DNA of 57,663 bases, counting the filler, from Sphacelaria rigidula (lineage: Eukaryota): assembly GCA_964200075.2 (NCBI GenBank). It is 7 parts of 7 records of this genome, joined end to end, with 100 filler letters (N's around TTAATTAATTAA, not from the genome) between each part and the next. Parts side by side here need not be neighbours in the genome. Positions count along the whole stretch, not along the records: positions 1 to 8,153 come from CAXNAA020012107.1; positions 8,254 to 16,405 come from CAXNAA020012108.1; 5 more parts are not named here. The stretch is one strand, 5' to 3'. The stretch's first letter is position 1; each line of letters begins with the position of its first letter. Below the pieces are notes generated by a model. That model had not been told where the DNA came from. It ran no database searches and saw only the letters and a list, made by a program, of their open reading frames with translations. A program made the translations under genes and the position numbers. This document shows positions 1-11,579 of this stretch, piece by piece.

Positions 1-37
1 GGTGGGGTGGGGGCGGGGGGGGGGGGGGGGGGGGGGT

Positions 38-73
<36 letters not shown>
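1..73. repeat. poly-G tract at contig start
   Basis: almost pure G run; plausible cause of the assembly break. Confidence 0.9.
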
Positions 74-76
<3 letters not shown>

Positions 77-2004
77 GACCGGTTGAGTGAACGCTTGTGT
101 TTTTGTACACAGAGAGGAAATGGGGGCTGTGCTCATGGTTTGCGTGCCTTCGCTGCTTGATCGCTCACCACGCGCCCTTTCGAGAGTGTCTTTTGTGTTC
201 TGCATAAGATGGCTAATCACTTACTCTTGACTCCTGTCGAGGGTAGGCTTGAAATTTCGCCTATCTTATCTTCAACACCCCTATCCTTTTCGAAGGGTGG
301 TGGTGGGGGGGGAGGAGCGGCTCCCGGCTCCCCAATCTACATAGTGTACCGTCTGCAGTGAAGGGTTGAACGATGTACTGTATACAAGCAGGATCAGGGG
401 AGAGAATGGCACGTGCTCTCTGCATTGACTATACCAGACGACGCCAAGAACTCTCAAGAACAAACGGATTCAGAAAACCGATCACAATGGAACCAAAAGG
501 GGGACGCACACGCTAAAGAGGAAGGAGGGAAATGAGAGAAAGCAGAACAACGAGGAGGAGGAAGAAGAAGGGGGGGGGGGGGGGGGGGCAGAGTTACTGC
601 TGCTTACATCCATTACCAAATACTCCCCACTAGTAAACAGTATTTTATCCCGTAATCTCGGGAGAGAGGCGACTCCGCCACCGCCATTATTTTAACCCCG
701 TCACTATCATATTCATTTACGTCTACATGGGTGTGTCGTACTTTCCGACTTCCCCTTTCGCTCGACATGTTTTTGGTCCCAAAGAAATTGGTCCGAAGGG
801 ACCGAAGAAAATAGCTGTACAAGGGCGAAACAGCGGCTGCAGCATGACCCACAAGAGCAAAAGGAGTGTGGGCTACTTTTCGATCGAAGTTTTTCGACTT
901 CTCTCATACAGAACTTGTTTCTCGATCCTTTTGGATCGCGTTCTTTTGGATCGGGTTCTTTTGGATCGAAGGGAAGTAGAGGAAAAGGAGAACCCGAAAC
1001 GTACCGCACTCACATGCGGATGTAGACGATAAGAAATGAAGACTATGATGCCTCTTGGTATTGTCGACTTTTATGTTTTTGTGCGTCTTGCCAACGCTGT
1101 TGCCGTTTTTTTTTTCTTCTTTTCCGTTCCACATCCATACTCAAGATCTTGAGCCATAGCGCTCGCCATAAGCTGTTGCTGTTGCTGTTTCTATAGCTGT
1201 CGCCATTTGCTGTTCCTTGTTGCCATAGCCGTTGCTAGTGCTGTCGCTGTTGCTGTTGCTGGTTTTATTACCGTTGCAGTCGCGTTACGAAAAGTGTGTT
1301 GATGACTGTATAAATGCATGCGAGGGGAGGGGGGGGGGGGCGTGTGCTTTACGCCTCGGTTGTGGGATGTGAGTTTTTGTGCAGGTGTAGCCTGCGCTTC
1401 AGATTCGGGGTGCGCCCGTGCGCTAGCGCACACTCTGGACTAAGAAAGAGGAAAGGCGCACGGTGTGCGATGTGGCATGCGCAGTGTGCCGCATCCGACG
1501 TTTTTGTCATGCAGATTTTATATCTGGAGTACACAGTTGTTCCTTCAGGGGATTTCCTGATACAAATTTGTGCGTATATCCCCTTAGAATTTGCTGGCGG
1601 AGGAGTGCGTGTATATCCCCATTTTTTTGCTGGCGGAGGACCCCTGTTGCCGCATATATGGCCTCCGGCTTATCTGAAGCGCTGGGTGCAGCAATGCATT
1701 TGTATATTCGTGCATTTGTGCACGTTGAATGAGGTGATTGCAATCAGTGAGCATCTCATGAAATTTGTCGTGATTCGATGAATGTGTTTATATCTTTCTC
1801 AAGCGCTCTACGGCCACAACGACCAGTCATGATGGCTGTTATTGTAGCTGTTCATGTGGCAGCATGCGTCAGGTCTTGATACTTTCCGGCTTCCTCCTTC
1901 TATAGCAACAGCATTTATTTCTGGTCCTCACAAGACCACATTTTCCCAACTCGAAAAAAACTGGCAAATATAAAAAAAAAGCCGGATAATACCTCACTGC
2001 CACC

Positions 2005-2021
2005 ATGCAGATGCAGATGCA

Positions 2022-2079
<58 letters not shown>
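2005..2079. repeat. (ATGCAG)3-(GAT)n compound microsatellite
   Basis: read directly from sequence. Confidence 0.95.
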
Positions 2080-2997
2080 GCTTCAACCTTTTTAGAACTC
2101 ACCATGGAAAATTGATAATTTGCAATTGACGGTTTTCGAGCAAGAACTGGTTGATGGTTATGGGTCACAGCTCAGACGCAAAAATATTCGCCCGATGCGT
2201 ATTTTTCAGACCCGTGCGATTGGCAAGTGGAACAAAAGAAGGTTTCCTATTTACCGATGTGCCGTACCAGACTCGGGAGCCCATTGCTGTTTTTCCCATG
2301 GAATATTTCATGGTGATTTTGCTAATTATTATCGATGGATATGATTAGACACACTTCACCCGTTGCGTGGTATGATCGGACAAACCTCATCCGACCTCTC
2401 CAGGAAGGACATTTTCCTGCACCCGCCGCGTGTGCTACTGGATTCTTTTTCGGCCTTCCAGTATAAAAATGGTCGCCGCCGGCCTTTTCTGTTTCCAGCT
2501 TTCCCGCTTTGTCAGGGCTTTTCATAATGAGGCGTTTGGCCCGGGGACAGGAGGGGAGGGTTCCAAAAGGGTCAATGGTGATGGAAATACCCGAATCGTG
2601 CTTGTTTCAGGTCTTTAGCAAGGGTTTTCGTTCACGTGATTTGCACCGGCGTTTTTACAGGTGCGAGTGCTTGAATGTCTTTAGTACCGATCAGAATTTG
2701 TAGATTTTTGCTCGCCTTCACCGCTGTCTCGAAATTGATCTATATTGTGATCTTGTCTTCTATGTCCTTGTTGCACTTTTATCCTCGCCACCGCGCACAT
2801 CGTGCATCTTGATCATATGATGAGAATGATCATCATCGCGTGCATCAGAGAGTGGTACTTTTCAGCGTATCTTTATCTCGCCATTTTTTTCGGACCGAAA
2901 AGTCATCCGGTGCTCTAAGACCCCCGTTCTTCCGGCAAGGAAAAATCGAATAAATGACAGAAGCCGGGAAGTAACACACTCCCACGCAGATGTAGAT

Positions 2998-3229
2998 TAA
3001 TAATAATAATAATCATAATAATCATAATAATCATAATAATCATAATAATCATAATAATCATAATAATCATAATAATCATAATAATCATAATAATCATAAT
3101 AATAATCATAATAATCATAATAATCATAATAATCATAATAATCATAATAATAATAATAATCATAATAATCATAATAATCATAATAATCATAATAATCATA
3201 ATAATCATAATAATCATAATAATAATAAT
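2998..3229. repeat. (ATAATAATC)n 9-bp minisatellite with ATA interruptions
   Basis: read directly; source of the spurious Ile/Met ORF 2915-3286. Confidence 0.95.
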
Positions 3230-3810
3230 GGGGAAGTAAATGTTTATGTTAATGTGGGTATGCCTGTCCTCCTTGCGGGCAAACATCAGGCTATATAATG
3301 GTTAGGTTTGACTATTACAATAGTTAAATTCAAGCAGCTACCTCGTCCTCCTCGACCGGGTTCTTTCTTCCCTCCTCCCTCTTCTCCCCCTCCCCCCTGT
3401 GTCTCCCTCCCCACCGCCCTCCTCTTTCTCTCCCCCGCTCTCCTCTGTCTATCCTCCCCTTTCATTCCAGCATCATCGGCACTACTGCAGTATTTCTGTT
3501 TCGATGGTTTCTCGTTCTGGTTGATACAACAGTGAAGAATTCTAGACTACGCTCCAAGAAGAACAAATTTTACACTTTGATGCTCATAGTATCAATGACC
3601 ATGATCGACCTGCATGTAGATCATACCAATCTCCAATCCCCGTCGGCCCTGGCATCGTGCCAAAAGAAATAATGGCAACGCCGTGGCCGTGGAGGTCTGA
3701 CGCAAATCATAACCACAAGCCAACACGCACGCGTTGTCTTGAAATCTAACTCCGAAACCCCCTCGGCTGCGACATTGTGTTTTGAACCTTGGGTTGAAAC
3801 AACTGCGCAG

Positions 3811-4030
3811 TGTAAACGACCAGTCGGAGGCCAAGGTCGATAAAGATAGCAGGGCCGGGGAAACACAGAACAGTGCCCAGGCTGTAGAAGGGCTGTGGGC
3901 GTGGGGACAAGATGTGGTGGAGAAGGTGAAGGCAGCTATGCCGAACGCAACGGAGGCCAAGAAGATGCTGCCCCTTGGCATCATGCTGTTTTTCATCCTG
4001 TTCGACTACACCATCCTGAGAGACACTAAG
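3811..4030 (+). CDS. NTT: ATP/ADP (nucleotide) transporter, NTT/TLC family, exon A; 5' boundary tentative and upstream exon(s) not identified
   Basis: encodes KKMLPLGIMLFFILFDYTILRDTK, matching the NTT TM1 motif KKxxPLGxMFFxILFNYTILRDTK; GTAGGA donor at 4031; candidate CAG acceptor at 3808-3810. Confidence 0.88.
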
Positions 4031-4565
4031 GTAGGATGTAACCAGCAGCGGGAAAGGGCGTCCGTTTATTGACAGCGTTGTTACTAGGTCATGTTCCGTT
4101 CGTTTGCTTCGTCGTGTCGGCGTTCCGGTTAGGGCCATCTCTCGTCACAGGTTCACGGAGATGGGATGCTAGAACGCTCCGGTCCGAAGCCTGGCGGAAG
4201 TGTTGTTCCTTGGCTTCATTTTTTGTTGTTGTCTACAGTGCCATGAGCGGCCGGCGGACTAAACAGTATACACGCATTCTGGGTTCTTGTCAGCTTGTTG
4301 TGCGAGCATCGGTATCCTTAACAACTGAGGGAAGTCACGACAACACGAGCAGAGTGCAACGCGCGAGACTTCGAAGATCGTCGGACGAAGCTTTCAGGAT
4401 CACCAGAATGTCGCCATGCATATCTTACATGCTTTTTATCCCGTGGTTCGTTCAGCGCTCTGTTATTTTCCATCTATGTGGTTTCCGTTGTGGCTTTAGC
4501 TTTGGCGCTCGTATGCCGCGTTCGGTGTGTGTGTGTGTGTGTGTGTGTGTTCTCTCTTGTTGCAG

Positions 4566-4694
4566 GATGTGCTCGTGGTGACGGCGAAGGGCAGCGGCGC
4601 CGAGGTGATCCCGTTCCTCAAGACATACGTGAACTTACCGGGTGCGGTTGTCTTCACCTTGCTCTACTCCAAGCTCTGCAATTCGGCCAGACAG
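4566..4694 (+). CDS. NTT: NTT/TLC ATP/ADP transporter exon B
   Basis: TGCAG acceptor, 43 codons DVLVVTAKGSGAEVIPFLKTYVNLPGAVVFTLLYSKLCNSARQ, GTGAGC donor; continues in frame from ...RDTK. Confidence 0.95.
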
Positions 4695-5021
4695 GTGAGC
4701 GGAATAGATGTGTCCTACTGGTCAGCCAGTCAGTCCGTCAGTGGGTCATTTACGCGCCCGGGAATCACCACCTCTAGAGACACCTCATTTGCCCGTTTTA
4801 GGCTCAAGCGATACACCCATTTGAACACAGCAGACAACACTTGTGCCCGACTGCTCTGTTCAGTGGTACTTAAAACGGCTCTTGGTAGTTCTCACCTTTT
4901 GCAGGTGGTAAAGTTACCCTCGGGCATTAAACCTCGCCCCCCCCCCTCCCCCCCTCCCCCCCGCGCGCGCACGCCTTCTCGCCCGCTACCTTTCCTGCCC
5001 GCATTTGTATTGGACCACAAG

Positions 5022-5098
5022 GACCACGTTTTCTATACCGTGATTGCGATTTTTTTGGGGTTCTTCGCGGTCTTCGCGACTGTGCTCTACCCCAACAG
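5022..5098 (+). CDS. NTT: NTT/TLC ATP/ADP transporter exon C
   Basis: AAG acceptor, DHVFYTVIAIFLGFFAVFATVLYPN(R), phase-2 GTAACG donor; matches the NTT 'LFYTVIxPF...YP' segment. Confidence 0.9.
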
Positions 5099-6097
5099 GT
5101 AACGCCCTCCATGTAAAAAAACGAAGTACTACAGGTGATTGCACGAAGCGCAGTCAGTACATGTGCGTGTATGTCGAGATAAAAGGGTGCGAAATTCTTG
5201 TATTTCTATCTCAAAATGGGTAGGAAGAAAGAGCGCTATTCACCCCTTTGTGTATAGCTCAGTTTGTGGTTATCAAGGAGTGACACTCTCGCTTCATTAT
5301 CTGCAATTGTCATCCCCCAGGAGTCTGTCGGATTCGTGCTATTTTGCCCTAATCTTCTGCGCACTTTCGTTCAGTCCGTATCGCTGTGTTGCGGTAATAA
5401 CATCATGCTGCTCGCAAAATAAGCCCTTATCAATTAATAGCGATCTGGGGGGAGAATTCTGCAGTGGCTCTTTGAAGACAGTGCTTGCTTGTGCACACAT
5501 ACACCGCAGCTGTGCATGTACTGTCCCACGTGTATGGGCGAGAGCACCTACCGGGACCACACGATATCGGTGGCCACCCGCATTCTATTTTCCACGTTTG
5601 CTCGCCTGCTTTGAAGCCTTTTGCACACATTACACAACCTACCGAAGTTTGATCTACTGTATTTTTGCCATCTAGCTCAAAACTCCCGTCCATCACATAC
5701 AATGGTCTCAGCTTCCGTGTCCCAAGTTTCGTCCGATCACTGCTGTCTTCTTTTCCAGCCAACGAACACGCACGCCGACGTTTTTTTTTGTCACACTTTC
5801 AACCCCGCCCCCCGCCAGCTCCTCCTGGGAGCTCCGACAAGCTGCGGGTGTTGAATGATCAACGTATCTCCCCACTGGTATCTGCCTGACAGTTTGTTAT
5901 CGTTTATTGGATGATGATCATTGGATGATGACTTCTGACACTCCTTCACCCCGACGACTTTTTTCGTCGAACTGTTCGTCAGAGTGGCATAGTTAAGGTG
6001 CAAGTACTACTCTACTGTGTTTTGTATACTGGCCTGAGGATGGATTGATCATCATCCAATGCTCCCAAAACGCCTCGGTTTGGTACACACACGTCAG

Positions 6098-6248
6098 GGA
6101 CGGGTTGAGCACCGCCGCACTGGCAGATGCGATGGGGGCGTTTCTTCCGGCGGGGCTTGCTTCGCTCTCGACTGTCGTGAGGAACTGGACATTTTCGCTT
6201 TTTTATCTCATGTCCGAGCTGTGGGGGTCCGTCGTCGTGTCGGTTTTG
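6098..6248 (+). CDS. NTT: NTT/TLC ATP/ADP transporter exon D; the expected next exon (FWGFAN...) was not found in this contig
   Basis: phase-2 CAG acceptor; encodes RNWTFSLFYLMSELWGSVVVSVL, the NTT 'WxFxLFYxMxELWGSVVVSVLFW' motif; GTGAGC donor at 6249. Confidence 0.95.
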
Positions 6249-6342
6249 GTGAGCATTGAGCCGTCCTACAAGACAGAAAAGGGCGGGTAAGGGGTGCAGT
6301 AGGTGCACAATATTGACTGGCGTGGTATTGAATCATTGCGTT

Positions 6343-6373
<31 letters not shown>

Positions 6374-6990
6374 TCCTTCACTGGATAGTGTTTGGTCGCC
6401 TGTGTCCGAATGCTCACGGCATGGGAGCATGACATTGTCTTGAGGCATGCTTGCTGGATGGCAAATGAGTGGGAATTGACATGGCAATGTTGATTTGATT
6501 GATTGGTTGATTGTCGCACTTTAACTGACCACCCGTGGGTCCAGCCGTGGTCGCATGATAGACGTACGTACCCAAGAAAAGCAAAACTGACACACTCGTT
6601 CAAGAAAACGAAGGAGCAGAAAAAAGTCGAACAGAACGACATAGTAGACTAAGATGTAAGAAAAAAAAAAGAAGGAAAGAAATCTACACAAGCAGAGCAC
6701 AGAAAGAGATGGCGGATCTGAAAAAAAAAAAATCGGAAGAAAAATGGAATAATGTAAACATTGAAAAAATATTTTAAAGGCATGCGGAGAACCAGGCAAC
6801 GCCTAGCTTGTTCAATTCCGTCGGCTAACTTCTCAGGTGTCACAAGAGTTTTGTACTGTTCGCCATCTTGTACAGTACGAAATCATATCATGCGTGTGGA
6901 AAATCGGTGTAGCTCATGTTGCAATGCTTGAAAGGAAGTTTTGAAGGAATGCGTGCGGCCACTCCGTAACAAACCTGTGAAGGAAGCATA

Positions 6991-8153
6991 CAAGGGTAGG
7001 TCGAGTAGAGTTTACTCAATGCTCAGTATTTTTGAAGAGTCATACTTTTAGTACTCAAAATTTGAGTAGAGTATTTGAGACTATACTCAACGTACTCAAA
7101 ATTTGAGTAGAGTATTGAGGTCATACTCAAGTGATACCCTATACTCAAGTATCACTGAGAGTGCTTACTCAATATTTGAGTAGAGTATTTGAGGTCGTAC
7201 TCGACCTACTCAAAATTTCAGCAGAGTATTTGAGACCGTACTCGACCTACTCGAGATTTGAGTAGAGCATTGAGGTCATACTCAAGTGACTCTCTATACT
7301 TAAGTATCAGGGAGAGTGCTTACTCAATATTTGAGCAGAGTATCTGAGGTAGTACTCGACCTACTCAAAATTTGAGTAGAGTATTTGAGGCCGTACTCGA
7401 CCTACTCAAAATTTGAGTGGAGTATCTGAGGCCGGATCCGATGTACCGAAAACCTATAACTTCAACTTCAATATTCAAGTTCGTACGTAACATACTCAAA
7501 CTCGGGTAGAGGAAATACCGAGGTATTCCTAGAGTTGCCCACCCATGATGAGTTTTGATTCAAGGTCAAACTGTCTTGTCAAACCGTGGCCTGTAGAGTC
7601 GCTCATTTTGATAATACCTATTCGACGACTCGATTACTCGATGATGATGATGAGTAGCGCTCTGTACTGAAAGTGATATCGAAGGCGTTAAGAGGTATCG
7701 AGTATGAAGTGCCGTGGGTGAGGGCTGGTGAGATGGGGCGCTGGGGCAAGTAGATTTGTTCACCTGCACGCTTCTTGATTTTTTTATGGCCATCATTCGC
7801 TCGTACTCCTTGTTGGCTGTGATGTATTGCCGCCCATCTAATTGATGGCCATCGTTCACCCATGCATTCAACATAGTCTGTGAAATGACGTCACGAAGTC
7901 GCCGACTGTCAGGGGTACTTACCATACAAGGGGTACTCTATACTCAAGTATTACTGAGAGTGCTTACTCAAAATTTGAGTACAGTATTTGAGACCATACT
8001 CAACCTAGACAAAATTTGAGTAGTGTATTTGAGACCGTACTCGACCTACTCGAAATTTCAGTAGAGTCTTGAGGTCATACTCAAGTGATACTCTATACTC
8101 AAGTATTACTGAGAGTGCTTACTCAATATTTGAGTAGAGTATTTGAGGTCGTA
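6991..8153. repeat. palindrome-rich tandem array (about 41-bp subunits, about 155-bp higher-order repeat) in two blocks, probably inside an NTT intron
   Basis: recurrent TACTCAAAATTTGAGTAGAGTATTTGAG; TCATACTCAAGTGA at 7121 and 7276; both blocks follow CATACAAGGG; array runs into the contig end. Confidence 0.9.
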
Positions 8154-8253
8154 NNNNNNNNNNNNNNNNNNNNNNNNNNNNNNNNNNNNNNNNNNNNTTA
8201 ATTAATTAANNNNNNNNNNNNNNNNNNNNNNNNNNNNNNNNNNNNNNNNNNNN
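8154..8253. other. artificial contig-joining linker (N44-TTAATTAATTAA-N44)
   Basis: 100-bp spacer with a six-frame stop 12-mer at 8198-8209; identical to five other spacers in the window. Confidence 0.98.
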
Positions 8254-8359
8254 TGAAGAACGGTACTCCAGAAAAACTCGGAAAAAAGGACGACTACGAA
8301 TTCTGAAAACTTCCGACGCTGACTACTATATAAACCCTATATATTCGTATACAAGGATC

Positions 8360-8399
8360 GGACGAGGCCGCCTATCGGCGGCCCCGTCCTCCACGGTAG
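8360..8399 (+). mobile_element. GC-rich hairpin, possible Helitron-like 3' end
   Basis: GGACGAGGCCGCC-TATC-GGCGGCCCCGTCC stem followed by TCCACGGTAG; terminus is not a canonical CTRR. Confidence 0.35.
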
Positions 8400-8590
8400 A
8401 AGTGGAAAGGGATTAATTTAATTTGGGAGATGGTCAAGGCAGTGACTGCCACCAAGAGGTTGAGCTAAAGATTGGATATCTGTGTCAGTTATGAAACTAT
8501 GTTATATGTGATGAGTAGAAAATGGAAGATCCGGCACGGGCGTCATGTTTGATCCGTTCGTTCGCGCCATTTTTTCACCCTTTCACGGCG

Positions 8591-10433
8591 TGTCTGAGGC
8601 CAACTCTAGTGGGAGCCGTTCAAAACTCCTCTCGAGAACTGCTTTTTGGGCCCTTCTCCGTAGATTTACGCCCGAAAACAGGTCCAGACGCATCTTGACG
8701 CCTTGGACTGACGTGGTCTACTCGTTGAGACCGTTCTAGGGCAACTTTGCATTTCCCGCTGGCTGCACATCAGTTTTTGGACAAATGAGGCCACACACGG
8801 ATGTTCAGTAAAAAATGGTCAGGTGATCAAAATTTCCCCCCTGTTTGTTGATCGCTCGACCGTTTTTTGTTGAAAATCCGTGTTTGGCCAAAAGTGAAAG
8901 TGCGGCCAGCGGGAAATGCAAAATTGCCCTGGAACGGCCTCAATGAGTAGAGCAAGTTATTCCAAGGCGTCAACATCCGCCTCGCTCTCTTTTCAGGCGT
9001 ATACTTACATAGAAGGGCCAAAAAGGCAGTTTTGAACAGTAGTCTTGAACGGTTTCCCCCCCTTTTTTCCCCCCACACTTTGAAGCCCTCCCCTTCCTCG
9101 GGATGAGTCCGTCGTCTCAAGGGATCAACCCATCTCTCCCCCGGTACGCGCCATTCATTTTGGTCTCACGGATTGGGCCAGCACTCCCGCACCGCGTCAA
9201 CTCATGTCACACAGACCCAGTCGACTACTTTGTTCACTCACGTTCTCACGCTTTCCAGGGTGGGAATCATACATTACGAAGAAAAACCCCAAGAATCCTT
9301 CATTCCTCCACCCTAATGGCGACAGTCGGACCATTACACCACCGGGGCGCGGCACCATTAGAGTCGGTCTAGGCAAGTCCGACTCTGATGGGAGCCGTTC
9401 AAAATTTCTGTTCAAACCTGCCTTTTTGGCCTTGCATCGTCGTTTTACGCCTGAAAAGAGGGCGAGGCGGATATTGACGCCTTGGAACGACTTGCTCTAC
9501 TCAATGAGACCGCACCAGGGCAACTTTGCGTTTCCCGCTGGCCGCACTCTTATTTTTGGCCGAACGCGGATTTGCAATAAAAAACGGTCAAGTGATGATA
9601 AAACAGGGGGAAATTTGGATCACCTGACCGTTTTTTGCTGAAAATACGTGTTTGGCCTGGTTTGGCCAAAAACAAAAGTGCGGCCAGCGGGAAATGCACA
9701 GTTGCCCTAGAACGGTCTCAACGGGTAGACCGAGTCATTCCAAGGCGTCAAGTTGCGTCTAGCCCTCTTTTCAGGCGTAAATATAGGGAGAAGGGCCCAA
9801 AAGGCAGTTTTCGAGAGGAATCTTGAGCGACTCCCATTAGAGTTGGCCTTAGGGCGTGTTTTAGCACATTGGTTTTCGATCGAAACTGTGCGGTGAAAAA
9901 CGAAAATCCTGATCTGATAGGTCGTAATTTCAACCATTGTCGAAAATTGTGAAGATGGGACTCTAATGAGAGCCGTTCAAGACTGCTGTTCAAAACTGCC
10001 TTTTTGGCCCTTCTACGTAAGTATACGCCTGAAAAGAGAGCGAGGCGGATGTTGACGCCTTGGAATAACTTGCTCTACTCATTGAGGCCGTTCCAGGGCA
10101 ATTTTGCATTTCCCGCTGGCCGCACTTTCACTTTTGGCCAAACACGGATTTTCAACAGAAAACGGTGGAGCGATCAACAAACAGGGGGAAATTTTGATCA
10201 CCTGACCATTTTTTACTGCACATCCGTGTTTGGCCTGGTTTGGTCAAAAACAAAAGTGCGGCCAGCGGGAAACGCAAAGTTGCCCTGGAACGGCCTCAAC
10301 GAGTAGACCGAGTCATTCCAAGGCGTCAACATCCGCCTCGCCCTCTTTTCGGGCGTAAATCTACGGAGAAGGGCCCAAAAGGCAGTTCTCGAGAGGAGTT
10401 TTGAACGGCGCCCATCAGAGTTGGCCTCAGACA
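8591..10433. mobile_element. cluster of three ~460-bp foldback/MITE units (about 8591-9052, 9375-9852, 9958-10433); first and third in opposite orientation
   Basis: each unit has ~190-bp inverted arms (CCTTGGAA..CTCTACTC..GCATTTCCCGCTGGCCGCAC and complement); explains the repeated TPEKRARR pseudo-ORFs on both strands. Confidence 0.85.
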
Positions 10434-11579
10434 CACCCTTAGCACTTTATTTTTCGATAAAGAAAGTGCGGTCGAATTTTCTCTCGCCGATCTGATACGT
10501 GCACCACATTTATGTTCCCGGAAGGCTTCAACTCAAAATAATAATTAGGGGCGCGCGGAGAAGACTGCAACGAGGTAAAAAACAATCGTGTTCGATCGAA
10601 AACATGCGGTCGAAAGGCACGAAGCGGCACCTGACTCCTATCTTACAGACCACCACGCCAGATAACACCTGTTCACAGGACCATGCAAACTCCATTCAAC
10701 TCATTCTCAGCTACCACCGCAATCCTGCAGCATAGCGCACGATTTGAGTCTAGGGATGGATACATTGTAGTAGTTGGTTGTGCTTTGCTTTTTTTTGTTA
10801 GCGAAAACTTGACTTCGCATCTTCTCTCATGGTAGGATCAGCGACGGAACTGCGTGGTACGGTGCGCAACCGAGTTGCGTGCACGCGCATGGACAGTGCA
10901 GGCAGCACAAAGCTGCACGTTGCTGAAATCTCCTTCACGTCGCATTGTAAGCAGAGAGAACTGATAGTCCTGGGATGTCTGCACTGCACGTTGCCCGCTT
11001 TCTTTTATATCCTCCTGAACGAAACACCCGCACACGCACCCAAGACACTGCTTGCAAGCAATGCAGACAGTACAAGGACAATATAATCCGGCTCCAAAAT
11101 TCACCGAACCGCGGCAAATCGACTGGTAAATTCACGGGACCCCGAACGTCGGGAAATCGAATCTTAGGAACACAGAAAGGCCTGCAAACAGGCAACAACA
11201 AACTCAGCGCCTATGATTGTTGTCGATTGAAAACATATTGATATGACGCACGCATATGTCGCGCTTACACGATTCAGACGCTTATGGTGTAAGGAAATAT
11301 AAATATAACCGCGTTACCGTTTGAACGCCATGTGTTGCACATATACAATAAAGGCTGCGATTGCCAAATAATAGACACCCCAAAAAAGAGACGAAAAAAA
11401 CAAGAAAACTGCGACAACACCAAAATTCACCGAACTCCGAGAAATTGAAGCTAAGAAACAAAGAAATGCCTGCGAAAAAAGCGCCGCGCGGTAACCTGCA
11501 ATTTTCAGTGTTCTTGCTTACGCTCTCACTGATCGGACGCCTACGCTGTAAGGAAAACTAATCGTGTTACCGCTTCAAC

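Noticed and set aside
920..970. 15-bp TTCTTTTGGATCG repeats encoding DPKE/RVLLD units
   Set aside because: Only three short copies with no supporting gene structure.
1869..3286. Poly-Ile and Ile/Met ORFs
   Set aside because: These are translations of microsatellites.
6991..8153. CRISPR-like array of palindromic repeats
   Set aside because: Inter-repeat sequences are themselves repeated, so there are no unique spacers; no cas genes; eukaryotic context.
8198..8209. TTAATTAATTAA as a piggyBac TTAA target or regulatory site
   Set aside because: It is embedded in N runs and identical at all six gaps, so it is an artificial stop linker.
8545..10434. Family of small ORFs with TPEKRARR..PWN..LRPF
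   Set aside because: They appear on both strands because they are translations of inverted-repeat arms.
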